This document shows positions 33,301 through 33,915 of a stretch of DNA of 33,915 nt, piece after piece. Source of the DNA: Basidiobolus meristosporus CBS 931.73 (taxonomy: Eukaryota; Fungi; Basidiobolomycota); NCBI GenBank assembly GCA_002104905.1, contig MCFE01000810.1, positions 1 to 33,915 of the forward strand, written 5' to 3'. The notes under the pieces were generated by a model, which saw nothing but the letters and a program-made list of their open reading frames with translations, made no database searches and was not told the origin of the DNA. Every line of letters starts with the position of its first letter. Position 1 is the first letter of the stretch. A program made the position numbers and the translations under genes.

Positions 33301-33915
33301 CTTCTTTAAAGGTCAGTGTATGGCTTCCTTCACTGCTTCTAAGGTTTACTTGGATAGTTCCTTCTCCCACTGCATCAAGTGTTCTATCATCACCCATGAA
33401 AACCTTCTTAATTGGAATTTCTTGATATTGGGTAAAAAGTTCTTTTTGGTGTGTAAAGTGTTGAGAATGCTCCAGAGTCAATATACCACGTCTGAGAATC
33501 CTTGTTTGTGGTCATATTTAGTGCAGATATGAATAGTCTATCTTCAGTTGCTGCAGTATTTCCATATTCAGGCTTCTTTTGCTGATTATCTTTCTTTTGA
33601 GACACCGGTCTGATGTGTGTCCTTTCCTTTTGCAGTAGTTGCAAAATAGGTTGCTGTTGCCTTTGTAGGGTCTTGGGTACCTCCTTTGTTGGTTATCATT
33701 GCTTATTAAAGCATTTTCTTCTTCCTTCTTATTGGCACTTGATTTTCTTAATTCTTCATCCAGGAGCCTTCCATATACATAATTTAAGGTCAAATCTTCA
33801 GTTCTGGACTCTAGGGCTGATACAAGGCCCTGAAACTTGTCTGTCAGGCTATTCAGGATGGTAACTATCACATCCTCATCAGTAGTTGGTATGCCCACAG
33901 ATTCCATCTCATCTA
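30375..33915 (-). pseudogene. Disrupted copia gag-pol (3 frameshifts, 3 premature stops)
   Basis: CNYCKRKGHTSDRC, WYIDSGA, L*HRRFGH, IHSDLCGP, RSDNGGEY, YKARIVAKGY, QMDVK, LYVDD, GTRPDI, SWNSRKQ and RTKHIDIRHHFIRE. Frameshifts at ~33597, ~33466 and ~31602; TAG at 33077-33079, 31464-31466 and 30663-30665. Confidence 0.93.

Larger units (their letters stand above)
30015..33915 (-). mobile_element. Ty1/copia LTR retrotransposon, 3' portion (5' end beyond the window)
   Basis: gag-PR-INT-RT-RH order, PPT-like CTGAGTGGGAG at 30364-30374, and a 349-bp 3' LTR. Confidence 0.95.

Overview
Eukaryotic DNA, most likely fungal; an early-diverging lineage is my inference from the protein families and base composition. 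One intact host gene, an intronless concentrative nucleoside transporter (CNT family, 17238-18920, +), sits in a ~7 kb CpG-retaining island (~14150-21490). Both sides are CpG-depleted transposon terrain. Right of the island: a young, structurally complete Ty3/gypsy element (22439-29629, -; 1079-bp LTRs with 4 differences, 1617-aa single gag-pol ORF, tRNA-Lys-like PBS, PPT, 4-bp TSD GCGG) and a disrupted Ty1/copia element running off the window edge. Left of the island: nested relics, including older LTRs and a deleted pol of the same gypsy family, CACTA-type transposase relics, a copia fragment and an unidentified multi-copy ORF relic. The left side also holds a non-autonomous TIR family with 3-bp TSDs: three ~735-755 bp fold-back elements and two 211-bp MITEs. 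Most interesting: (1) this gypsy family seems to insert at 4-bp N-CG-N sites; (2) one fold-back copy has 119 bp of perfectly identical inner arms while its outer arms are clearly diverged, suggesting arm-to-arm conversion; (3) the TIR family appears to prefer an extended target. All alignments and counts were done by eye, with no database searches.
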